Made by a program: the position numbers and the translations under genes. A stretch of 64,000 nt of DNA from Chthoniobacterales bacterium. GTDB lineage: Bacteria; Verrucomicrobiota; Verrucomicrobiia; Chthoniobacterales; DYNR01. Positions 9,244 through 18,179 of this stretch are shown here, piece after piece. The notes under the pieces are model-generated. The model did not search any database. It was not told the origin of the DNA and saw nothing but the letters and a program-made list of their open reading frames with translations. The DNA is taken from the NCBI GenBank assembly GCA_026418675.1, contig JAOAAX010000005.1, positions 13,789 to 77,788 on the forward strand. Direction: 5' to 3'. Every line of letters starts with the position of its first letter. Position 1 is the first letter of the stretch.

Positions 9244-9615
9244 TCAGGTGGGGAGATAACCGTTCATTTCTCTGAGGATTTCAGGATTGAGCAATTCCAT
9301 GGTTTCATCAGCTAGACCCAAGGTAAGCACTTTCTGTTTTGACATAAAAGTGACCACGCGGTCGTCAAACGTTATGCTTGCCCTCATCGGGAAAACAAGA
9401 TGTTGCTGGAATTCGTGAAAAAATTGGGAAATCATTTTTGTCCTTTCCAGCAATTTTTTGACTTCGGTGGCTGTGACTCGCGTTTTTGCTTCTCCAAAGA
9501 TTAAATTGTTTTCACACCACGCCAGGGAATCTACTTCTGTGTTGAAACTAGGTATATTTTGTAACTTCCTCGATGGTGGTTTCTCCGTCGTATATGTTGC
9601 GGAGACCGTCTTCAC
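9244..9615 (-). CDS. Small hypothetical protein with PD-(D/E)XK-like motif
   Basis: TEVD-SLAWCENNLIFG-EAK gives a D...ExK spacing typical of restriction-endonuclease-fold proteins. The 5' end overlaps the stop of the upstream ATPase gene by 68 nt. Weak call. Confidence 0.3.
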   Translation of the reverse strand: MKTVSATYTTEKPPSRKLQNIPSFNTEVDSLAWCENNLIFGEAKTRVTATEVKKLLERTKMISQFFHEFQQHLVFPMRASITFDDRVVTFMSKQKVLTLGLADETMELLNPEILREMNGYLPT

Positions 9616-11245
9616 GGAGTGTTACCATTCCTTGCTCGATAGCCTTTTGTCGAAGGACAATACCAGGTGCGCGTTCGTTGACGAGTTCGCGGATGGCATC
9701 GGTCATTTTGAGGAGTTCGAAAAGACCTTTTCTGCCTTTGTAACCGGTTTGGTTGCAGACTTCACATCCTTTGCCGAAGAAGAAGTTTTTGTCGCCAATA
9801 TCATAGATGGTAAGGCCAAGAGCATTGAGAGCGGCTTCTGTTGGTTCGTAAGCGGTGCGGCAGGCGCGACAAATTCTGCGGATGAGGCGTTGGGCGAGGA
9901 CTGCTTCGAGAGCTGCGGAAATGAGGAAGGGCTCGACGCCCATATCCACGAGCCGGGTGACTGCCCCTGTTGAGTCGTTGGTGTGGAGAGTAGTAAAGAC
10001 GAGGTGGCCGGTCAGGGAAGCTTGGATGGCAATTTGAGCGGTTTCGATGTCGCGGGTTTCCCCAACCATGATTCGGTCAGGGTCCTGGCGGAGGAATGCG
10101 CGCAATAAACGGGCAAAGGTTAACCCGATAGCCTCGTTGACTTGGCATTGGACAATTCCGTCCACTTCATACTCGACAGGGTCTTCGGCCGTAAGGAGTT
10201 TTGAGTCGAGGGTATTGATTCGGCGTAGACAGGCGTAAAGGGTGGTCGTTTTGCCACTTCCAGTTGGGCCCGTGACGATGAATATTCCATTGGGTCGTTC
10301 GATCAGCTCGCAGATGTAATCATAAATGGGTTTTGGCATACCCAAATTTTCGAGATCGAGATTAACGGAGGAACGATCGAGGACACGAAGGACTACACTT
10401 TCGCCAAACTGAGTTGGAAGTGTGGATACACGGAGGTCAATTGGATTGCCAGCAATGTTTTTTTGAATACGTCCATCTTGCGGAAGGCGGCGTTCGGCAA
10501 TGTTCAGATTGGCCATAACTTTGACGCGGGAGATGATGGGAAGTGCAAGATGTTTGGGAGGGGGGTCCATTTCGTAAAGTGAACCATCCACCCGGTAGCG
10601 AATTTTGAACTCGTTCTCAAATGGCTCGAAGTGAATATCACTGGCTTTGGCTTGGATGGCTTTATCGAGGATAAGATCAACGAAACGGACGATTGGGGCG
10701 GAATTAGCTTGGTTGGCAGCCTCCTGGGCGTTGAAGTTATCGGAGGAGTCGTCTTTTCCGAATTCGATACCTGCGCCTTCTGCGATTTGGGCGAGGATTT
10801 CTTCCATGCTGGCTTCACCGGAGCCGTAATATTTGTCAATCAGTTGTGAGACGCGGGCACGTGGACAAACAGCAAGTTGGATTTCGCGATTGAGAGCGAA
10901 GCGGAGGTCTTCTGCTGTTTGGATATTGAGAGGATCTTCGAGAGCAACGTAGAGGGTGTTTTCGTTTGCTCCAATGGGTAAGGCGCGGTGGAGACGGGCA
11001 AGACCAGCGGGAATTAGGCGGAGAATGGCTTCGTCGGGAGTGAAGTCTTCGAGGGTATAGAATTCGAGCCCCAAACTGTCGGCAATGGACTTGAAAAAAG
11101 TGTTTTCGTCCATGATTCCATGATCAACGAAAACACGGTCAATCGGTTTGCCCGTTGATAGGGACTCTTGGACTAAGGACTGAGCCAGATCGGGGCTGAG
11201 GAAACCGAATTCGACGAAGATGTCAGCTGTATGTTGAGGGTCCAT
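9548..11245 (-). CDS. gspE: GspE/PilB-family type II secretion / type IV pilus assembly ATPase (copy 2)
   Basis: Walker A GPTGSGKTTT, Asp box LTAEDPVEY, Walker B IMVGETRD, His box LTGHLVFTTLHTND. Tetracysteine CRAC...CEVC. N-terminal GSPII_E_N-like domain present. Confidence 0.93.
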   Translation of the reverse strand: MDPQHTADIFVEFGFLSPDLAQSLVQESLSTGKPIDRVFVDHGIMDENTFFKSIADSLGLEFYTLEDFTPDEAILRLIPAGLARLHRALPIGANENTLYVALEDPLNIQTAEDLRFALNREIQLAVCPRARVSQLIDKYYGSGEASMEEILAQIAEGAGIEFGKDDSSDNFNAQEAANQANSAPIVRFVDLILDKAIQAKASDIHFEPFENEFKIRYRVDGSLYEMDPPPKHLALPIISRVKVMANLNIAERRLPQDGRIQKNIAGNPIDLRVSTLPTQFGESVVLRVLDRSSVNLDLENLGMPKPIYDYICELIERPNGIFIVTGPTGSGKTTTLYACLRRINTLDSKLLTAEDPVEYEVDGIVQCQVNEAIGLTFARLLRAFLRQDPDRIMVGETRDIETAQIAIQASLTGHLVFTTLHTNDSTGAVTRLVDMGVEPFLISAALEAVLAQRLIRRICRACRTAYEPTEAALNALGLTIYDIGDKNFFFGKGCEVCNQTGYKGRKGLFELLKMTDAIRELVNERAPGIVLRQKAIEQGMVTLREDGLRNIYDGETTIEEVTKYT

Positions 11246-11266
11246 GAGGTCGGAAAGTTAAATACA

Positions 11267-12958
11267 CTAGCTGGAATCGGCCATCGTTATGGCAATGACT
11301 TCTTCGGCTGTAGTCAAACCGGCGAGGACCTTGCGAACTCCATCTTCGCGGAGGGTGCGCATTCCCATTTCGCGGGCACGATTGCGGAGTTGGAGGCTGG
11401 TTGCATTGGAAACGATTAGGTTGCGGATTTCGTCGTCAACAACAAAAATTTCAAAAATCCCCATACGGCCACGGTAGCCTTTGTAACGACATTGTTCGCA
11501 GCCAGTGGGACGCATGGTATTGGCGTTTGCCAACATCGCAGCGTCAATCCGAAGAGTGCGCATTTCATATTCCGTAGGAGTGCAAGGCTTTTTGCAATGA
11601 GGACAAAGACGTCGGACCAGGCGTTGGGCCATGGCGGCGCGCAGCGCACTTGCAACAAGAAATGGTTTTATTCCAATGTCCACGAGACGGGCGACGGAGC
11701 TGGTTGCGTCGTTGGTGTGGAGGGTGGAAAGGACGAGGTGACCAGTGAGCGAAGCATTGATGGCTATTTGTGCTGTTTCAGCATCGCGGATTTCTCCGAT
11801 CATAATAATATTGGGAGCTTGCCGGAGGATAGAGCGGAGAGCAGCAGGGAAGGTCATTCCGATTTCTGCTTTTACTTGCACTTGGTTAATTCCGCTCATT
11901 TGATATTCGACGGGGTCCTCAACTGTGATGATTTTGCGATCAGGTTTGTTGAGAACATTCAGGACAGCATAGAGGGTGGTGGTTTTGCCACTTCCTGTCG
12001 GACCGGTTACAAGCAGGATCCCATCTGGCAAAGAAATGAGACTTTCAAATTTTGATTGATCGTCGCTAAAGAAACCAAGCTCTGGAAGCCCTAAAACGAG
12101 GGAGGATTTATCAAGAATACGCATGACGATGCTCTCGCCGTGCACAGTTGGGATGGAGGAGACGCGTAAGTCTATGGATTTTTGTCCGAGGCGGACTTGA
12201 ATGCGGCCGTCTTGAGGTAAGCGTTTTTCTGCGATACTCATGGTGCCGGTCATGATCTTGAGCCGGCTAATGATAGCGGCGTGGAGTTTTTTAGGTGGAC
12301 TGGGCATTTCTTGCAGAACGCCATCAATACGGAAACGGACACGAAATTTTTTCTCCATCGGTTCGAGATGGATGTCGCTGGCACGAGCTTTGTAAGCATC
12401 GAGCAAGAGCATAGTGACCATTTTGATAACAGGCGCTTCGTCCACGTCTTCCTGGCCTGCGCCTGCGTCTCCTTCGCCAGAGATTTCGATGCCTTCGGCA
12501 ATTTGTTTAATCAACTTTTCCTTTTGTTCCTGCTCGGCCGAGTAATATTTGTTTAGGGCGAGATCAATCTGCTCTGGGACAGCGCAAACGAATTCAAGGT
12601 TACGTTGGAGGAGGTGATTTAGTGCGTCAAAAGAGTCAATGTCCATAGGGTCAGCAACGGCAATGACAAGAGCATCATCGCGTTGCTGGATGGGGATAGC
12701 TCTATAGCGGCGGGCAGTTTCGGCACTGAGCAAGGAAATAACTTCGTCGGGGATGGATAAATTGGAGAGATCGACAAAGTCGAGCCCGCATTGAGCAGCG
12801 AGTGTTTTTGCTACGTCTTCGCGGGTGAGGATACCAGCTTCAACAAGACCTTCGATAACTTTGCCTGGATGGGTTTGCCTCGCAGCTTGAATTTGGCTGC
12901 GGGTGACCATGCCGGAGTCCTGGAGGACTTCCAAGACGTATTCTTCGCTAATCGTCAC
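11267..12958 (-). CDS. gspE: GspE/PilB-family type II secretion / type IV pilus assembly ATPase (copy 1)
   Basis: GPTGSGKTTT, ITVEDPVEY, IMIGEIRD, LTGHLVLSTLHTND, CPHC...CEQC. Same full-length architecture as the gene 21 nt downstream. Confidence 0.93.
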   Translation of the reverse strand: MTISEEYVLEVLQDSGMVTRSQIQAARQTHPGKVIEGLVEAGILTREDVAKTLAAQCGLDFVDLSNLSIPDEVISLLSAETARRYRAIPIQQRDDALVIAVADPMDIDSFDALNHLLQRNLEFVCAVPEQIDLALNKYYSAEQEQKEKLIKQIAEGIEISGEGDAGAGQEDVDEAPVIKMVTMLLLDAYKARASDIHLEPMEKKFRVRFRIDGVLQEMPSPPKKLHAAIISRLKIMTGTMSIAEKRLPQDGRIQVRLGQKSIDLRVSSIPTVHGESIVMRILDKSSLVLGLPELGFFSDDQSKFESLISLPDGILLVTGPTGSGKTTTLYAVLNVLNKPDRKIITVEDPVEYQMSGINQVQVKAEIGMTFPAALRSILRQAPNIIMIGEIRDAETAQIAINASLTGHLVLSTLHTNDATSSVARLVDIGIKPFLVASALRAAMAQRLVRRLCPHCKKPCTPTEYEMRTLRIDAAMLANANTMRPTGCEQCRYKGYRGRMGIFEIFVVDDEIRNLIVSNATSLQLRNRAREMGMRTLREDGVRKVLAGLTTAEEVIAITMADSS

Positions 12959-12985
12959 GGAGGTGAGGATTTTGGAGTTTTGTGG

Positions 12986-13975
12986 TTACTGAGAAGGAGA
13001 GGGGGATGTGGAGTTTTGTTCCCACGAGAAAATTCCGATGCGGCGGAATTTGTTGTAGCGTTTTTGAAGGATATCCGCAATAGGGTGTGGGGTGAGGGTG
13101 CGTAGAGCGTTGAGGAGGGAAGAGTAGAGTTTTTCTGCGGCGAATTGTGGGTTTTTGTGAGCGCCGCCGGGTGGTTCAGGGACAATTTCGTCTATGATTC
13201 CGAGGTCAAGGAGCGAACGAGCATCGAGCTTGAGAGCTTCGGCAGCTTCGGGGGCGTGGCGACGGTGTTTCCAAAGGATAGCCGCGCAGCCCTCGGGACT
13301 TATGACGGAGTAATAGGCGTTTTCGAGCATAAGGACGCGGTCGGCAACTCCAATGCCTAGTGCACCGCCGGAACCGCCTTCGCCAATTACAACTGCAACA
13401 ATGGGAGTTTTGAGGACCATCATTTCGCGAATATTCACGGCAATAGCTTCAGCAATATGGCGTTCCTCAGCGCCTATGCCGGGATAAGCGCCCGGTGTGT
13501 CAATGAAACAAACGACTGGGAGAGAAAATTTTTCTGCCAGCTTCATGACGCGAAGGGCCTTGCGATAGCCTTCGGGATGTGGACATCCAAAATTTCGGAG
13601 AATATTTTCTTTTGTATCGCGGCCTTTTTGTTGGCCAATAATTGCGCAACGGAACTCGCCTATTGTGGCAAGACCACAAGGCATGGAGGGGTCATCACCG
13701 AAGAGGCGATCCCCATGCAATTCGATAAAGTCATTACAAAAGAAGCGAACATAATCCAAAAAGAAGGGGCGTGCGGGGTGACGAGCGATTTGAACGCGTT
13801 GCCAGGCGGAGAGGTTCTGGTAGATTTCGCTACGAAGTTTTTCCAACTTTTCCTGCATGCGGCGAATTTCGCCGGTGAAATCCACACGACTGTTTTCCGA
13901 TTGCTTCAACAGTTGTTCTATTTGTTCTTCGAGCTCGGCAATGGGTTTCTCGAAGTCAAGTAAGGTGGATTTCAT
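12986..13975 (-). CDS. accA: Acetyl-CoA carboxylase carboxyltransferase subunit alpha
   Basis: N-terminus LDFEKPIAELEEQI. Carboxyltransferase core FIDTPGAYPGIGAEERHIAEAIA and IGEGGSGGALGIG. Confidence 0.93.
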   Translation of the reverse strand: MKSTLLDFEKPIAELEEQIEQLLKQSENSRVDFTGEIRRMQEKLEKLRSEIYQNLSAWQRVQIARHPARPFFLDYVRFFCNDFIELHGDRLFGDDPSMPCGLATIGEFRCAIIGQQKGRDTKENILRNFGCPHPEGYRKALRVMKLAEKFSLPVVCFIDTPGAYPGIGAEERHIAEAIAVNIREMMVLKTPIVAVVIGEGGSGGALGIGVADRVLMLENAYYSVISPEGCAAILWKHRRHAPEAAEALKLDARSLLDLGIIDEIVPEPPGGAHKNPQFAAEKLYSSLLNALRTLTPHPIADILQKRYNKFRRIGIFSWEQNSTSPSPSQ

Positions 13976-14014
13976 GGAGGGTTTGTAATGCGCTACGCGT
14001 GGATCGAAGGATTG

Positions 14015-14851
14015 CTACTCGATTATGACGGGAGTCCCGCGTTTGACGAGAAGAAAAACCTCTTCGAGATCGGGTTGAGCAAGGAGAAGACCAGCGGGCA
14101 GTGGGGGGGTATTGCCTGCGAGGGTAGGTTCGGGTAAAGTGCGGATGGAGATGGAAGTGCCTTCGAGAGGGATGATTTTTTCGGCATCTACATATTGCGG
14201 GGTTCCGAAAGCAAATCGCTCGCCGTTGGCCAAGGCCATTTTTTCACGGACTTTGGTTTCGCGCAATTGGTTAGGGACTTGATGGAGCGTTAATGGATAG
14301 GCAAGGAGTAATTCTTCACCATTAAGGACGAAGAGGCGATTTTCGGAGCGGGAAGCGATCAGTTTTAAGTTTGGTTTCGGGATAAGGAGTTCCTGGCCGA
14401 GTTGGAGCTGAAAGTCGAGGAGATTGTTGACTTTCATGATCCAATCGGGAGAAACGTTATGCTTAGTTGAAATTTTATTGAGGGAGTCGCCGGCAGCTAC
14501 CCGGTAAGTTTCTTTCCATGGGGTTGGGAGTGGAGAGAAGAGTAAGCGAGCACCGTAGGTTGTAAGCAAGTCGAGAGCATCACTGCGAAATTCTGAATCG
14601 GGGTGTTCGTTGAGGTAGGAGCGAATTAGCTCTAAGTTTTTGTCAGGATTATGTGGGTCGAGCTTCTTTATGAGGTCACGCCAAGCAGTTTTACTGGGAG
14701 GTTCTGGCGGGGGTTGTGTATCCAGTTTTTCGAGTTCGGCTCGTTCTTTTTTAGGCTCGATGTAAAATTCCTTGGCGAGGAAGTAAGTTCCCGCAGCCAT
14801 TGCTGCGAGGACAGCGATTAGAATTACAATAAGAATCGTTCTTAGGATCAT
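14015..14851 (-). CDS. Membrane-anchored LysM domain protein
   Basis: N-terminal TM helix ILRTILIVILIAVLAAMAAGTYFLA. LysM YRVAAGDSLNKISTKHNVSPDWIMKVNNL. The C-terminal tail resembles a YkuD fold without catalytic His/Cys. Confidence 0.7.
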   Translation of the reverse strand: MILRTILIVILIAVLAAMAAGTYFLAKEFYIEPKKERAELEKLDTQPPPEPPSKTAWRDLIKKLDPHNPDKNLELIRSYLNEHPDSEFRSDALDLLTTYGARLLFSPLPTPWKETYRVAAGDSLNKISTKHNVSPDWIMKVNNLLDFQLQLGQELLIPKPNLKLIASRSENRLFVLNGEELLLAYPLTLHQVPNQLRETKVREKMALANGERFAFGTPQYVDAEKIIPLEGTSISIRTLPEPTLAGNTPPLPAGLLLAQPDLEEVFLLVKRGTPVIIE

Positions 14852-14878
14852 GGGGTGGGGGAAAAGCTAGCCAAGCTT

Positions 14879-15397
14879 TTAAATTAAGCCGCGTCGTTTC
14901 CACTCGTTAATGTTTTCCAATGAGGAACGACGGATAAGATCGGAAGTGAACTTGAGCAAACAAACTTCCCACGCTTCGTCAATGCCCGCGATAAGAGCTG
15001 TTCTTTCCTGTCGTTGAATTTCTTCAGAGAGACGGTTGATGGCTTCTTCTAATGTATTGTTGAGTATATGCTCCGAAAAGTCAGTTTTTCGGAGGGTAAA
15101 TCCGTAGCGGAGAATTTTAATAAATTCGGAGTTTTGCTCGAGCCAGTTGGCAAATTTTTGGGCTTTTTCCCCAAATCCTTCGAGGAGCATGCGTTGGAAG
15201 TATTGAGGTGAGACAATGCGTGGGCGTTCTGCTTCGATTTGGCCGTTTCGAACTTTTACACGGTGGACTTCATCCATCAATTCCGTAACAAGGACGAAGC
15301 GGAAAGTGGTTGTGCCGAATGTTTGGATGAGCTGTTCGGGTTCGATAATGACGCGTGTGTTTTCTAGAGCGAATTCAAAGTCATCCTGAGAGATCAT
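14879..15397 (-). CDS. Hypothetical protein
   Basis: 172-aa ORF packed tightly between the LysM gene and pgk. No motif recognised. Confidence 0.5.
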   Translation of the reverse strand: MISQDDFEFALENTRVIIEPEQLIQTFGTTTFRFVLVTELMDEVHRVKVRNGQIEAERPRIVSPQYFQRMLLEGFGEKAQKFANWLEQNSEFIKILRYGFTLRKTDFSEHILNNTLEEAINRLSEEIQRQERTALIAGIDEAWEVCLLKFTSDLIRRSSLENINEWKRRGLI

Positions 15398-15436
15398 TGG
15401 CGCGGAAACTCAATCTAAACAAAAAGCAGAGGGCAG

Positions 15437-15470
15437 CAAACGAAAAGCTCCAAAAATATTTTCTTGGAGC
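15437..15470 (-). terminator. Possible rho-independent terminator downstream of pgk
   Basis: 7-bp stem gctccaa/ttggagc (15447-15453 and 15464-15470). On the minus strand it is followed by TTTTCGTTT. Confidence 0.4.
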
Positions 15471-15561
15471 AATTCGAGCCGCCCTGCATTTGCCGGGTGC
15501 GTAATCTTTGCTCGTTATGAGAAAGGTTGAATAAGATATAAAAAGGACTTATTTATCGGAA

Positions 15562-16809
15562 TTAATTTTTTTCGGAGAGAGCTGCTACGCCGGGAAGGAT
15601 TTTGCCCTCGAGAAGCTCGAGGCTTGCGCCTCCGCCAGTGGAGCAGTGGGAGACTTTAGTATCTACGCCGAACTGTTTGGCTGCAGTGGCAGTATCGCCG
15701 CCACCAACGACGGTTACAGCGCCCCGGCTTGTAGCTTCGGCAATGGCGTTAGCTACGGCGCGCGTTCCACCTGAGAAAGCTTCAAATTCGAAGACGCCGA
15801 CGGGGCCGTTCCAAACAATGGTATTGGCGCGGGATATAACTTCGGTGAAGTTTTTTATGGTTTGTGGGCCGCAGTCGAGTCCCATCCAACCATCGGGGAT
15901 GCCGTCTGCTTCTGTGGTGGTTCGTGTGGAAGCGTCGGCGGCGAATTTGTCGGCACAGAGGAAATCTACAGGGAGGTGAATTTGGACGTTTCGCTCTTTT
16001 GCTTTTGCCATGAGTTCGGGGACAATATTAGCGCCATCTGGATCGAACAAGCTGTCCCCGATGGGCATGTTTGAGAGGACCTTTTTGAAGGTGTAAGCCA
16101 TGCCTCCTCCGATGATGATTTCGTCCGCTTTGTCGAGGAGGTTGCGTATGAGTGGAATTTTGTCGGCGACTTTTGCCCCGCCGAGGATTGCAAGGAGAGG
16201 ACGTTTAGGGTGGTCGAGGACAGCGGCGAATGCGTTGAGTTCTTTTTCCATGAGGAAACCAGCGACGCGGTCCGGGAGCTCGATTCCGACGACGGAGGAG
16301 TGAGGACGGTGAGCTGTGCCGAATGCGTCGTTGACATAAACGTCGCCAAGTTTGGTTAAGCTTGCACGAAAGGCTTTGACTTTCTCGGGATCGGCTTTGA
16401 TTTTTTCGCCTGCTTCATTTAAGCCTTTTCCTTCCTCTTCGAGGTGGAAGCGGACGTTTTCAAGGAGGATAACGGACCCTGGGGTAGGGTTAGCACAGGC
16501 GGCTTCGACCTCTGGGCCTACGCAATCGTTTAAGAAAGTGACGGGTTTGCCGAGGAGCTCTTCGAGCTTTTTAGCAACCGGAGCTAAGGTGTATTTGGGT
16601 TTACGGGTGCCGTCTGGGCGGCCGAGGTGGCTCATGAGGATGACGGCTTTTGCTCCGTTGTCGAGAGCATAGCGGATTGTTGGGAGTGCGGCTTCGATGC
16701 GCTGAGTGTTGGTGATTTCGCCGGTGTTTTTGTCTTGAGGGACGTTGAAATCCACACGCATGAGGACGCGTTTGCCAGTGAGGGAAATGTCGCGGATTGT
16801 TTTTTTCAT
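15562..16809 (-). CDS. pgk: Phosphoglycerate kinase
   Basis: RVDFNVP, SHLGRP, and the C-terminal [14 protein letters not shown]. Confidence 0.95.
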   Translation of the reverse strand: MKKTIRDISLTGKRVLMRVDFNVPQDKNTGEITNTQRIEAALPTIRYALDNGAKAVILMSHLGRPDGTRKPKYTLAPVAKKLEELLGKPVTFLNDCVGPEVEAACANPTPGSVILLENVRFHLEEEGKGLNEAGEKIKADPEKVKAFRASLTKLGDVYVNDAFGTAHRPHSSVVGIELPDRVAGFLMEKELNAFAAVLDHPKRPLLAILGGAKVADKIPLIRNLLDKADEIIIGGGMAYTFKKVLSNMPIGDSLFDPDGANIVPELMAKAKERNVQIHLPVDFLCADKFAADASTRTTTEADGIPDGWMGLDCGPQTIKNFTEVISRANTIVWNGPVGVFEFEAFSGGTRAVANAIAEATSRGAVTVVGGGDTATAAKQFGVDTKVSHCSTGGGASLELLEGKILPGVAALSEKN

Positions 16810-16909
16810 TGGGCTTTGAAGTTGTTGTTACTGCAAAAGATAAACTTATCTTTTATTGTTTTGGGAGAGTTTAGAAGTATAGAGTTTTGTGCTTGTGCCC
16901 TTAAAGGAG

Positions 16910-16943
16910 GAGCCCCGGGGTTAGGGAGAAGCGGCCGGGGCTC
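16910..16943 (-). promoter_or_regulatory. GC-rich intercistronic hairpin between gap and pgk
   Basis: Perfect 9-bp stem gagccccgg (16910-16918) / ccggggctc (16935-16943) with a 16-nt loop. No clear U-run follows. Confidence 0.3.
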
Positions 16944-16978
16944 GGTGGATTTAAGAAGGTTTGATGAAGGCAGGCTTG

Positions 16979-18061
<1,083 letters not shown>

Positions 18062-18179
18062 TTAGACAAACGAGGGGTTTATCGTTTTAAAGAGGAGAGG
18101 TCAACGGCAATTTCAGGTGGGTTAAGTGATGGGCGAGGTAAAGGTAAAAAAGAGGATTTATTTATCCTTTGAATGAATT

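Noticed and set aside
9458-12556. Multiple ORFs of 60-190 aa on the + strand opposite the two GspE-family genes (for example 9458-9973, 11492-12055, 12281-12556).
   Set aside because: They lie entirely antisense to genes with unambiguous ATPase motifs and have low-complexity or odd composition with no motifs. They are typical shadow ORFs.
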